From assembly GCF_000372725.1 (NCBI RefSeq), contig NW_005202428.1, positions 124,001-188,000 on the forward strand: a stretch of 64,000 nucleotides of DNA, given 5' to 3'. The translations under genes were made by a program, and so were the position numbers. This DNA is from Emiliania huxleyi CCMP1516. Lineage: Eukaryota. The notes under the pieces were generated by a model, which worked only from the letters and a program-made list of their open reading frames with translations, searched no databases and had not been told where the DNA came from. Shown in pieces: positions 1 through 11,902 of the stretch (position 1 is its first letter; each line of letters starts with the position of its first letter).

Positions 1-220
1 GAGCGTGCCGGCGCGGATCACCGTCCACTCGACGCCCGCGGCGCCGCTCATCCTCGCGACCTCCGCCTCCATCGCCTTATAGCTCGCCACCGCTTGTGCT
101 TTGGGGGCCCAGTCTTTTCTACGGCCCAGTCGTCTTGGTATGATATTGGCGGCAGAGGCGAAGAAGCCCATGCCCTCGCCGTTCAGGTAGCGGCTCATCA
201 CGGCGACGCGCTTCAGCGCG
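1..220 (-). CDS. Partial NAD(P)-binding (atypical SDR/NmrA-like) protein, running off the window edge
   Basis: The minus strand reads ALKRVAVMSRYLNGEGMGFF...AVASYKAMEAEV...GVEWTVIRAGTL, matching the KRVV..S / K...E / W.VIR pattern of atypical SDRs. Confidence 0.55.
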
Positions 221-1087
221 CTGGCTGCTCGGCTGCAGGAACGTCTCGAGCACCGTCTTCCCAAAGGCGCCCTCGTTGTCGATCGCGGCGTTGAAGCTGG
301 CGCGCGGGTCGCAGGCCTGCTCGCCGCGCGTAGCACTCGGGGGAGGCGCTCGAGCCTCGAGCGGCGCAGCTGTCGGTCAACCCCGCGGCGACCGCCGCCA
401 CCATTTTCCCCGTGTTTTCTTTTTGCCGCTAGCGTCTAGGCCTCGGCTACACATCTCTAGCCCACATCGCAAGGAGGAAGGAGTGCACATGGCATCGCTG
501 CGTACATGTCGATGGGGGTGAGACTGAGAGATGGGGGGCCGCGACTATCGCAATCGCAGGTACCTTATGGACACTTTCTTCCGATGCGCGACGCCGAGGG
601 TGGGTGTGGGTGTGGNNNNNNNNNNNNNNNNNNNNNNNNNNNNNNNNNNNNNNNNNNNNNNNNNNNNNNNNNNNNNNNNNNNNNNNNNNNNNNNNNNNNN
701 NNNNNNNNNNNNNNNNNNNNNNNNNNNNNNNNNNNNNNNNNNNNNNNNNNNNNNNNNNNNNNNNNNNNNNNNNNNNNNNNNNNNNNNNNNNNNNNNNNNN
801 NNNNNNNNNNNNNNNNNNNNNNNNNNNNNNNNNNNNNNNNNNNNNNNNNNNNNNNNNNNNNNNNNNNNNNNNNNNNNNNNNNNNNNNNNNNNNNNNNNNN
901 NNNNNNNNNNNNNNNNNNNNNNNNNNNNNNNNNNNNNNNNNNNNNNNNNNNNNNNNNNNNNNNNNNNNNNNNNNNNNNNNNNNNNNNNNNNNNNNNNNNN
1001 NNNNNNNNNNNNNNNNNNNNNNNNNNNNNNNNNNNNNNNNNNNNNNNNNNNNNNNNNNNNNNNNNNNNNNNNNNNNNNNNNNTGCTC

Positions 1088-2929
1088 CTTGGGTTCTTGA
1101 TCTTGTTTTCGTTTTGCTAGGGGGGGAACCCGGGCGCACGCCGAACTATCCCTCGGAGAGACCCCATTAGGCCCGTAGGAACGCCGAGTCCCCGGGGCAC
1201 ACTGTCTTTATATCCGACACACGAACGCGGGGGGCTTTCTGTGCTCAGCCGGTGCCGGAGCGGAGCCGGCAGCCACTCACCAATCATCGTCACTCATCTC
1301 TTCGTCGTCGTCGTCGTCCGCGGACCCGCTGTCCTCCTGTGCGCCGCCTCCGCCTCCGCCGCCGCCCGCCGCATACACGCTCACGCCGTCGCCATAGTGG
1401 ATGGTGACGCCAGCCCCTCCTTCGTCGAGGTCCTCGTTGAGGCAACGCATCTCACGCCGCAGCTTCGCCCAGCCAAACTTGCGCCCGTTCTCGGAGAGGT
1501 TGAGCACGCGCAGCGAGTCCAGGCAGCACGCCATCTGCGTGAGCATCTCCTCCGCGTCGTACTCCCCCTCGACGCACGCGTAAAAGGCCTCGTGGTGACC
1601 CGAGAGGTCGATCTGCACCAGATTGCTCAAGCCGCGGGCCATCTCGACCAGCGCGTCGCAATTCTCGGTCGCCACCTGCTCACCGTGCATGTAGTAGTTG
1701 CCCAGACAGCCGGCGAGATCGAGCACGCGGAGCTGCTCGAGGCAGCCAAGCTCACCGACCAGCGAGGGCTCGACGTCCTCACCGCTGCACACGTGCAGCG
1801 CCTTGAGAGCCGGCAGCTTCGCAAGGCACTCGTGTACATCCTCCTCGCTCAGAATCGGGCAGCGCACGCGCAAGTCGGCGAGCCGCGTGCACTGCAGGAG
1901 CTGCGCGCGCGGCAGCGTCGCGCCCGTGGGCTCGCCGACGTCGAGACGGTTGGCGAGGCGGCAGGTCGCCTCGCCCGCGTGCGCGTCGAGGATGAAGCCG
2001 TGAATGTCGAGCGCGGATCCTGCTGAACAAGCTCCTCTTGTAGCCTCGATCGGTCACTCCGCCACCACCGCCGACGTCCCCCAGTGAGACGATGGAGCGG
2101 AGGGGACGACACTGCTTCGGCAGCGTGCACCTCGATCCTGTACTGTGATTGTTATGACCCCCCCCAATGAACACACCAGTGAGGGTGGGCGAGACGATCG
2201 AGGGGTCCCGTACCACGCGGAATCGACCCTATCCAGTGCTCACAAGTGCTCAGGCGCGGCCAAAGGGCTCGAGGTGACTGAGAGGGGTCTTTGGGCCTTC
2301 GCCGTCGACGCTGAGCAGCTCGAGCTTCCCACCAGGTCGTGCGAGCGCGCCGAGGGCGTCGCGGGGCAGCTGGCTTGGCAGCAGCGCCACGCGCAGCTCC
2401 GCGCACGAGCGCAGCGGCAGCAGCCACGCGGCGTGGTCGATGGTCTCTCCGCGCGTGCGATTGCTAAAGAAGGCCTCGATGTCGAGCCACGCGAGCTTTG
2501 GCGCACTCGCCTGGAGGAGGGCCCCGAGGGCGGCGGGGCTGCAAGTGCCTTGGCACATCCACAGGCGCAGCGCGACGAGGCGCGGCGCGCACGCGCTGGC
2601 GGCGAGGCCGCGCAGGAGTGCATCGTCGACTTTGCACTCGGAGAGGGAGAGCACCTGGAGGTTGGGGCACGCCGCGACGAGGCCGAGGATGCCTGCCGGG
2701 GAGAGGGCGCTCGCGCAGTGCAGGAAGAGGGCGCGCACGTTTGGGCCGCACGCTGGGCGCACGTCCGCCAGTCGAAGACGGTTCGCACCGTCCTGTGGCC
2801 GCTGCAGCTGGGCGTGCACCGTGTCGATGACCGCGGCGTCCGCGGCCCGGCCCGACCATTCGTGTCGCGCGAGCCACCGCAGCCGCCACCACGGCCCGCC
2901 ATCGGCCGGGCTCATATGCACGTATGTCG
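1088..2929. repeat. Near-identical copy of 21737-23579 (3' part of the ankyrin/LRR gene), bounded by N-gaps
   Basis: Identical ORF translations recur at an offset of 20650; the copy lies between two assembly gaps. Confidence 0.95.
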
Positions 2930-3898
2930 NNNNNNNNNNNNNNNNNNNNNNNNNNNNNNNNNNNNNNNNNNNNNNNNNNNNNNNNNNNNNNNNNNNNNNN
3001 NNNNNNNNNNNNNNNNNNNNNNNNNNNNNTGGCGAAGCAAAATTGAGGAAATCGGCACGATACCCAGCCCGTCGCAGGGTATTTTCCAGGTATACCCGGG
3101 GGTTTCCACGGTATACCCGCAAAATCCCCGGTATTTTGCCGATTTGGCTGATTTTGGGCCCCAACCAGCCTCAGACTCGGCTCAGAGCCCGGAAAATTTG
3201 ATGGTTTCCCCGGGAAAACAGAGAGGGAAAAAGAGGGTGCTGTAGAGAAAAAAGGAAAGGAAAAGAGACGGGGTGCGAGAGAGAGGAAAAGCTTGTTCAG
3301 CCTAAATCGGCTTCTTACACAGCCCTTCCCTGCAGCGAGCCCCCCTCCAACCCACCCGCGCTAGGTCTCGGGGGACGCAGGGGTCACTCCCTCTGCCCAA
3401 AATTTCTCTTCGCCTGCGGCGCGCGCACTTGTCACTATCCAAGTCTGCGGTGTTCTGAGTGGAGTGCGAGTGGATGGAGGCGTGTGTGCGTCTCCCGTCA
3501 TCCAGAGAGCCGACTCGGCGGCAGACTCTGGCATCGCCCTCGCGGACCGCAGCTTACCTCTTGCTTACCTAAAAATCCTTCGGGCCGGCTCTGGCTCTCT
3601 AGGTGTGAGTGTAGAGTTGGCTTGAGTGCCGGCCGGAGCTAAGAAACCACGGCGTCGGGTGGGTGAGGGCTGTGGAAAGGATTAGAAACGGCGGCGTGCC
3701 GCGGAATCCTGTTTTCTTAATGCCCGCAACCCACTGTACGGCCGAGAGCAAACATCTGAGAGAGAGATCAACAGACAATCAAACGCAGCGAACATGGGGT
3801 GGCCTTGCCGTTCTAAGGCCAGAAATTTCCAACTGTCTCATCAAGCGCACGTGTCCGTAACCGAAAGCGGAATTCATCACCGATCAAAAAAGCTTGCA

Positions 3899-4919
3899 AT
3901 GCTGCCACTGCTCGCACTGGCCTCTTCGTTGGTGCTCCCGACGGTGCGCTCCCCGACGGCGCGCTCGCCGCTCGCGACATCGCGGGCGGCGTCGCCTTTG
4001 ATGTCTGGCGAACCGACGTTCTACGCTGTGTATCACACGTTCAAGCCTCGGGCCGCCAAGGCGTGGTGGGCCAACATGAAGTCTCTCAATTTTAAGGATG
4101 TCGCCAAGGCGCAGCACGCGGCGGGCATCTTCGGCCACGCCTTCCTCCCCTCCGAGCCCGAGGGACCCATCCTCTGCCTGTGGGAGTGCAAAGAAAAGAT
4201 GTCGCTGCAGGAGTTCGAAAATTTCATCGATGGCCCAAACAGCCCTACTGGGGGCGCGCTCATCAACAAGGCTTTCAGGGTCCTCCCCTCTGGGCTCACG
4301 CCCCCATCCGCGTGGCCAACGCTGCCCAAGACTCCCGCCAGGTCAACGGGCAGCTTTTTCTGGGTGCACCACTCCTTTGTGGACCAGAATGCGCACAAGT
4401 CCTTCTGGGAGTTCGCTGACCAGGCCAACTGGGCCGACCTCGCCGCTAAGAATCGCGCCAACGGCGTCCACAACCATTGCTTCCTCCCGACCGGCACCTC
4501 GCACAAGGCCCCGACCGGCACCCCACAGCGACCGCTCGCGCGTCGGCCGACGCCCGTCTCTTCATGCCACAGGACGATATATTCTGCATCTGGGAAGCCT
4601 CCCAACCCTTGAGCGCCGAAGAGTTCCAATCCTTCATCGACGGCCCCGACGGCCCGGCGCCGGGCGTGTTCATCAATCGGGTGTTCCCGGTGATTGAGGG
4701 TGGCATCACGCCATCGACCGCCTTCCCGGCCTCGGGGCTGAACGCAATCATGGCCAAGATTGAGGCATGCCCCACCCACCCCACGCCTCGCAGGAGCGGG
4801 CGCCATTCGGTGCGGCGCCTCTCACACGTCTCCTGTATGGTGTGGTATAGGAGCTGCTTCCGCTCAAACTGGACGAGATGGTCTCCAAGGCCAAGGGCGC
4901 CTTCAAAAAGGAGGCGTGA
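3899..4919 (+). CDS. Signal/transit-peptide protein with two tandem ~100-aa domains of unknown function (3 exons)
   Basis: N-terminus MLPLLALASSLVLP followed by an S/T/R-rich stretch. The motif F.V.H.F...W...H.FLP....I.C.WE.....S.EEF..FIDGP occurs twice. Predicted GC-AG introns at ~4508-4572 and ~4765-4850; stop at 4917-4919. Confidence 0.75.
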
Positions 4920-5098
4920 AGATCGCTGGCGCGGTGCCGGTGGCGCGGTAGGCCGGTAGCGGCGCGACGAGACTCGTGTGACAGTCTGGGGACACACCCC
5001 GTAAAAACCAAATTTCCACGAGAACGTACGCACTATCTCGTTGGACACTGTACTCAGTGCACACAACAAATGTACAATTAGCCGGTTAATTAATCAGC

Positions 5099-7305
5099 TT
5101 ATCTCGTCGCGAAGGGCTGCACCCGCCGGGGGCCCGGGTGCGCAGGCGAGCTCGGGTCTGCGGAGCCGAGACACGGAGGCGTTGTGGGCGGCTTGACCAT
5201 CTTGCCACCGCGCACGGCGGAGAGGGCGAGCGCGTAGACGAGTTTGCAGACGAGGGCGAAGAGGAGGATGTAGAGCATGCAGAGCGCGACGGTATTCTCC
5301 GAAGTGAAGCACGAGTAGTTTGCGGCGAAGCTGTCGAGGATCTCCTCCCCCGTCTCGCCGTAGCAGGACGTGGGCGGGGCATCCGGGCAGAAGAAGCCCT
5401 GCGAACACTCGCCCTCGCCGGTCGCGTTGAAGACACACCGCTCAGTCCCGCCGTAGGTATGGTCGCCCATCGCCCAGAGGATGTAGGTGGACCCCTGGAT
5501 CTGCCAGCGCAGAGGAAGAGCGTACGCAAAGATGCGGATCGGCCAGATGATGTCCTCGGGCGGCATCATGAAGCCGTTCATGAGCAGGCCCAGGAACCAC
5601 GCCTGGAGAGGGAGGAGGGAGGCGGTCCGAGGCGCGGGCGGGGTTGAGGAGGGAAGAAGGCGCCGTCCTCGCGCGGGGCGCCTGAATGAAGAAGAGCAGG
5701 CCTAGGACCGGCGACGAGGCGAGCGAGCAGACCTGCGCCAGGCAGTCGAAGGCGGCGAGCGTAAACGCAAAGATGACGCACTGCAGACCGAGGGTCTCCC
5801 ACGGCCAGTCCGCGACCGCGTAGACGGGAACCAAGTTGGCAAAGGCGAGCACAAACATCATCGGCGCCTGGTCACAGGGGGGAGGGCGTGGAGCGACGCG
5901 GCCCGCCTCCGGGTGTGAAGCGCGCGACCGCCAATTGGCGCCTGCAGCAGCGTCTGCGCGGCGACGTACACGGCCGGGTGGTAGATGCCGTCCCGCAGCT
6001 CGCGCCGGAGGATCTGGAGGTCGAGAAACTGGGCGAGGAGGGGGAGCAGCCCGAGGGCGGGCGCGATGTTCGAGATCCACCACTGTTCACACGGATGGGG
6101 TGTGAAGAGACGCTGTTCACCGCCCCCGCTGCGGGGAGCGCGCCCATCGTCGGCGCCTCGAGGAACAGCCGAGGAAAGAGCTGCTCCTGCGAGTCGCGCC
6201 TCCGCGTGTCGATGTAGATGATCGAGAGGAAGAGCGAGATGACGACGAAGATGACGCACCGCGCGCTGTACATGATCGGGTCGCGCAGCAGGAGCCGGCC
6301 GTGCTTGTGCAGCAGCACGCCGAACTGCGTCGCCACGCCCGCGCCCGCCGGCTGCTGCTCGCTGCCGCAGTCGGCCTCCTCCGTCTGCGGCGGAGGCTGC
6401 TTCGAGCTCCACTGCGCGATTATCTCCTCGACCAGGCTCGCGTCGGTGAAGTCCGCGTTTGCGATCGACAGCATGTGGTCGGCCGGGTTGGTGTTGGCGG
6501 GGACGGGCTGGCCGATCGAGGCGAGGTAGCCGACCAGCTCGCTCGCCGGCCCGCAGTACGCCGCCCGCCCGCCCGACAGGATGAGCGTCTTGTCGAAGCC
6601 GGCAAAGACGGCCGACGAGGGCTGGTGGATCGTGCAGAGGATCGCGGCGTTGACGCGGCGCGCGACGCTCTTGAGCAGCGCCATGACGGCGGCGGCGCCG
6701 GCGGCGTCGAGTCCGGAGGTGGGCTCGTCGAGGAAGACGAGGAGCGGCTCCTTGGCCAGCGCCAGCGCCAGCGAGAGCCGCCGCCGCTGCCCGCCCGACA
6801 GGCCGCGCACCAGCGCGTTGCCGGCGCGCGTGTGCTGGCACGACTCGAGCCCGAGGGCGCCGAGCAGCTCGTCGACGGCGGCGGCGCGCTCGGCCGAGCG
6901 CAGCGCCGGCCGCGAGAGGCGCACCGCGTACTCGAGCTGCTCGCGCGCGGTGAGGAAGGCCCAGAGCGAGTCCTCCTGCTCGACCGACGCCGCGTGCGCC
7001 GTGTAGACCGTGCGCGTGAACGCGTGGCCGTTGAGAGTCACATTCCCGTACGGAGTGCCGGGTCCCTTTTCGAGCGCGAGCATGCGCAGCAGCGTCGTCT
7101 TGCCCGCGCCGCTCGGGCCCATCACGGCGAGGACCTCGCCCGACGAAACCGACGCAGAGACGTTGCGCAGAAGGTAGCGGTCCTTGGTTTTGACGCAGCA
7201 AGCGGGCGTGTTTCCCAGGCCCCGTCCATCCGATCGCACTTTCACGCGGTAGGAGCAGTTTTTGAACTCGAAGCGCACCGGTTTGGCAGGGGCGTCGACC
7301 ACCAT
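5099..7305 (-). CDS. ABCG (White-type) half transporter, multi-exon
   Basis: Walker A GPSGAGKTT, signature LSGGQRRRL, Walker B VFLDEPTSGLD, TIHQP and NPAD motifs, followed by ABC2 membrane-domain exons. Confidence 0.92.
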
Positions 7306-7396
7306 CCAACTTCGCGGTTGGACCTGAGCAATGTCCGAATCCCGAGCGATGTCCGAATCCGCTGTATTTGAATCATCCTTTTCTTTTTAACATCGG

Positions 7397-8725
7397 AACT
7401 CTATCGCTAACACGCGCGCACCACCGAGACTGTGGTGGGCGCGCTGCGGTCGCACGTCTACCTCCGTCATAGTGCCACGACGTGCGGCCTAGATTTAGCA
7501 CACGCGCCTCTGCTTGCATACACTCATACATTGGATTGTCATCACCTGTGAGTGCGAGACAGGGCTAGCCGTAGGCAGCTAGCCTCTGAGGAGGGCGTCC
7601 ATAGACACCTCACTAGACCCCACACACGGTCTCGTCCGTGCCCCGCCGGCCGGAGAGATTGCTGGAGGTAGAGCAAGCCTGCTCTAGCTTCGCATGTCAC
7701 TTCCTGTTGTCTGTTGTTTGTTGTGCCCTTGTTTGTTCTCTTGGCACCTTGGAGTGCTGGGGGGGGGGGGGCGACAGGGAGGATGTGGCCTTGAGTTATG
7801 TGTACGCCTACTCAGGGTGTGTGGCAGCCCGCTGGCTGTGTCTTGTGGAGCATGTTTGTGTCTGTGTGTCGCTCGTGCGTGTCGTCATCTCATCTGTCTA
7901 GCGTCAACCCATACCGCGTTGGTGTCCAGTCCGAGCCTGGCTGTTCTTCACCTTTCTACCTACCTACCTACGAAGAGAGACGCCGAGAGTGGGCGACGGC
8001 TAGCAACACACCTTCTTTCCCGTGAAATCCCTGTGTGAAAGTGAACGGTGTTCTTTTACGGTCGCACGGCAGAAAAAATCGGGCAAGGCGGCCTCCAACT
8101 GGCCTCCAACCTGGTTGGGATCTCGGCGGCCGTATCTCGGTCAAACCACGTGTCCTCTGGGATCCCGGATCGCCTCTCTTCGCACAAGCTCAGAGAGCGA
8201 TGTCTCCGCTTGGCCCCGAGGCATCCAGCACGAACGCAAAGCTCGGCGCCTCGTCGCCACTTCTTGGCTTCGATCTCTCCTCGTTTGTCGAGGCGGCACA
8301 TAGCGCCCTTGAGGCTGACAAGGTGAAGGGCCAGGCCATGCCCAACCGTCGCCGCCGCGGAACCAGCATCCCAAACTCGCTGCTCGCATCGGTGAGGCAG
8401 GAGGTTCTTGTCGAGACGAAGGAGAAGAATGAGCAGGTCGCCCGCACCAAAGAGCTGCGGGCGTGGGGCAAGGGCGAGGCGTGGGTGCCATGTGAGGCGG
8501 TGCCAGAGGAGTGGCCCGACCCACCTCCGTATGAGGACATCGGCGTCTTCTCCCTCGAGTGAGTGGTGGGTCGGGCCTCTCCCTCGAGTTCGGATGCGCT
8601 GCGGCGCGCTGCGAAAGCGAGCGCGCCGACGGCGTCACCCTTTTTCCGTGCAACGCGGTTCTCTCTCTCCCCTTCGGAGAAGCAGTTGGTGTGCACGCGC
8701 TACTAGCGCGTGCCGGTTTATCGGG
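7397..8725 (+). repeat. 1.3-kb duplicated segment (copy at 32033-33321): LINE-like 3' end with (CTAC)n tail plus ~750 bp of shared downstream flank
   Basis: Direct sequence identity; ORFs at 8035 and 32666 are near-identical. Confidence 0.9.
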
Positions 8726-9849
8726 CAAAATTCTTTTTTACGCTCTTGTTGCCGCGACCAGCCAGGACCCTTTGAAATCATAAACTGCGACGTCCGTGAG
8801 GCCCCTACGGCCGGTGGCAGTGAGTGGGTGATTGGAGAGTAAACATAAACTACTATCACCCGCACCGCAACCAGCATGCAGCAACCAGCCAACCACGCTC
8901 CCCACACCCGGTGTTTGCGCGAAGAGAGGGGTCGAGCGGAGCGCGCGCGACCCCCACCTGTTCTCGGCCTCTCGCGAAGCGTCTCGATCGAGCCGCACAG
9001 GTCTCGACGGAGAGAATCGAGTGGGGGCGGCTCGGCGCGCCACTCCACAGCTGCACTGTCACAGCAAAGGCCAAAGCTCCTCGCGGAGTGCTGGGAAAAC
9101 TACTGGGAAAATCATCAGAAAATTCTTTTATTTGGCGACCAGCGGCAGCTCCGGCCTGGCCGCCGACCCATACGACACTTTTACGCGCCTCGGCGCCACC
9201 CTCACTCACACACCCCCACCTCCGCTACCGCCGCCCTCGCCTCAACCTCCGCCGCCGCCGCCGCCACCCCCCTCCCCCTTACCCCCACCGCCGTCGCCCG
9301 AGACGCCACCGCCTCTGCGTGTTGTGTGTTGGGTGTCTCTTGTGCGCCTCGGTGTTGTGGGTGCGTGCCCCTATGCCACCACCGCCTGCGTTTCCTGCCT
9401 TCGAAATCGTGACCGCCCGGTGCAGCGAGCCTCGGCGGCTGTTTTACAAAACTCTCTCTGGTGTTTCTTAGCGTAGAAAGAACCCTGCACAAAGACCGCA
9501 GGGCGGGGACCTGTTCCTTTTTACCCATCTCCTAGTAGAGGTGTCCGTTTTATTTATTTATTTAGCGTAGCTATAGTGTATAGACGAAACTCTTCTCCAC
9601 TGTATCAGAGACACTCGCTCAGGGACCGACATGGCGACATGCGACATCACTCTGGAGCCGCGAACAATCATGCGACATGCGCACACCATGGAACACACAC
9701 CACAGCACGTGTAGAAGGGGCGACGCTCACCGCGCGGGCGGGCTGGCAGATGGCGGGGCGACCCACAACGCGGCCGCCTCCTGCCGGCGCTGCCCGGGCG
9801 GCATTTGCCAACTCACCATCTCACGCACACCGCAGGCAGTCTGCACCGC

Positions 9850-10692
9850 TCATGCCGCGTCTGATGTATGAACCGCGATCGTGCTGCTGGGCTGCTGCAC
9901 CGGAAGGTACTGCAGGCTGAGGCGCGCGATGCGTGCGCGCGGTCCGAACACCATCGCGATCGGCGGGTTGATCGCCGTCACGAGGATCAACGGCAACCCG
10001 GTGTAATCGAACTGGACATCCGTGGGCACCGGGGCGTCGAGGGCGGCCTGGATCGTTTCGTCCGCGCTGCCAAGGAAAGCGAAGACGAACATCCCCGAGA
10101 AGAGAAGGACGAAGACGGCCGTCGCGAGCTCGGCTGACACGAAGACAGCGTTGCGCGCAGAGGAGCAGCACGCGCGCAGCCCGCCATCGGTAAAATGTAG
10201 AAACTCCAGCACGCTCGACAGCTTGAGCAGCCCGTAGCCGATCAACCCGAGGCCGAAGCCGGCCACGTGCAGCCGCATGTTCTCGACCCCGACGGGCTCG
10301 ATGCCAATGCTCCACGTGAACATGGTAGCGAGCAACATCGCTGTGAGCAGCAGCAGGAGACGCAGTGCCTTCCACACGCCCGGCTCGTAGGTGACGCGAT
10401 GCGCGGCGAGGATGACGGTGAGCATGAAGAAAAATATGCTCAGGTACGAGAGCGGGATGCACACCAGCCGCGCCGGCATGGTGTCCACGCCGATGCAGAT
10501 ATTGTAGACCCCGAAGACGCGTGCGATGCCGTTATCTTCCAAGCCGCCGCGATTGAAGACGGCTGTCACGATCCAGCCGACGGCATAGGTGGCGAAGAAG
10601 CAGACGTCAAAGGCCACAAGCGTGCGCCCGGACGAGACCAGCGGGAGCTCATCGGGCGTGAAAGTGCAGCCCCGGGCCGAGCACCAGCGCAT
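9850..10692 (-). CDS. Intronless multi-pass membrane protein (about 6 TM helices), function unknown
   Basis: 280-aa ATG-initiated ORF with alternating hydrophobic helices. Confidence 0.7.
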   Translation of the reverse strand: MRWCSARGCTFTPDELPLVSSGRTLVAFDVCFFATYAVGWIVTAVFNRGGLEDNGIARVFGVYNICIGVDTMPARLVCIPLSYLSIFFFMLTVILAAHRVTYEPGVWKALRLLLLLTAMLLATMFTWSIGIEPVGVENMRLHVAGFGLGLIGYGLLKLSSVLEFLHFTDGGLRACCSSARNAVFVSAELATAVFVLLFSGMFVFAFLGSADETIQAALDAPVPTDVQFDYTGLPLILVTAINPPIAMVFGPRARIARLSLQYLPVQQPSSTIAVHTSDAA

Positions 10693-10815
10693 GCGCTAAG
10701 CCCGCTTTAAACGGCGTGGTGTGAGGCAGACGCCGTTTAAAAAATGACTAGCGTTGCGCAGCGACAGGAGCGAGTTCGCTTGGGTTGTCTGTTTTCTTTC
10801 TTTCTTTCTTTAGGA

Positions 10816-10917
10816 GCGAGTTCGCGCTGCGCTAGGCTCAGACGGCGAGTTCGCGCTGCGCTAGGCTCAGACGGCGAGTTCGCGCTGCGCTAGGCTCAGT
10901 ACGGCGAGTTCGCGCTG
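10816..10917. repeat. Tandem repeat with a 29-bp unit (GCGAGTTCGCGCTGCGCTAGGCTCAGACG), about 3.5 copies
   Basis: Directly visible; no spacers between units. Confidence 0.9.
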
Positions 10918-11236
10918 TGCGGCCTGGCTGCACCGCTCTAGCAAGAGACTCTAGGCTCTCCTCTTGCGAAGATTTTATCTCTCGGCTGCGTTGGCTCGCC
11001 AAAGAGTCTTGTTGAATGTTCTCGATGGCTGCTCGATGCCTTCGTCGATGGCGCTGACTTGGGAGTGTGTGTTTTCCGGTAGAGAAGGAAACACGCACGT
11101 CGTCCGGGTTCTGTCGAGCGTGCGGGCCGCCGGGCGGTTAGGGCGGAGGCCAGGGCGCCAGGCTTGCGAGAGGGCGAGAGCTAGTGCGAGAGTTAAAACA
11201 CACGACACACACGACACGACAGGGACACAGACACAT

Positions 11237-11377
<141 letters not shown>

Positions 11378-11860
11378 GCTCCCCTCAGCTCCCGCGCGGG
11401 CAGGGAGACGCGAGCCCGACGGAGTCCGGTGGTGGGGGCCCACGCAGCCAGCCCCTGCGTTGCAAAGGTTGGTGCTGAGCCGCCGCCGCCGCTCGCTCTC
11501 GAAAAGCGTCGCGCTGCTGCCCGTTCCCGGAGCGACGAGCGCGAGTTTGGTGGCCAGGGCCTCGCCTGAAGGGGGGGCGGGGCAGGGGGGAGAAGTGAGG
11601 ACGTCAGCGAGCGGGTGGGGCTGCCGGGAAGGTGGTGAGTGGGGGTGGATGCACCTCAAACACGAGCGAGTAGCGGGAGACCGTCGATACTCCGGCGGAA
11701 GAGTGCTCCCCCGCCGCCCCCTGGGTCACCCCGAGTGACCTCGCAGCCCACGCCGTGAGGCGCTGCTGTCAGGGGAATGTTGGGGGCGTGCAAAGCCGCT
11801 CGGAAGAGACGGCCAGGAGCCAAGGAGCGGCCGGAGCGCGGCGAAAGACCGACGGGAAGT

Positions 11861-11902
11861 GGCCGCCGCATGCAGCCTCCGCGGAGGCTGCATGCGGCGG
11901 CC
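11861..11902. repeat. Perfect 42-bp palindrome
   Basis: GGCCGCCGCATGCAGCCTCCG|CGGAGGCTGCATGCGGCGGCC. Confidence 0.97.

Noticed and set aside
7560..7640. Hammerhead ribozyme (CTGAGGA next to stems)
   Set aside because: No GAAA follows the candidate stem II, so the catalytic core is incomplete.
10816..10917. 29-bp repeats as a CRISPR array
   Set aside because: The units are contiguous with no spacers, there are no cas genes, and the context is eukaryotic.
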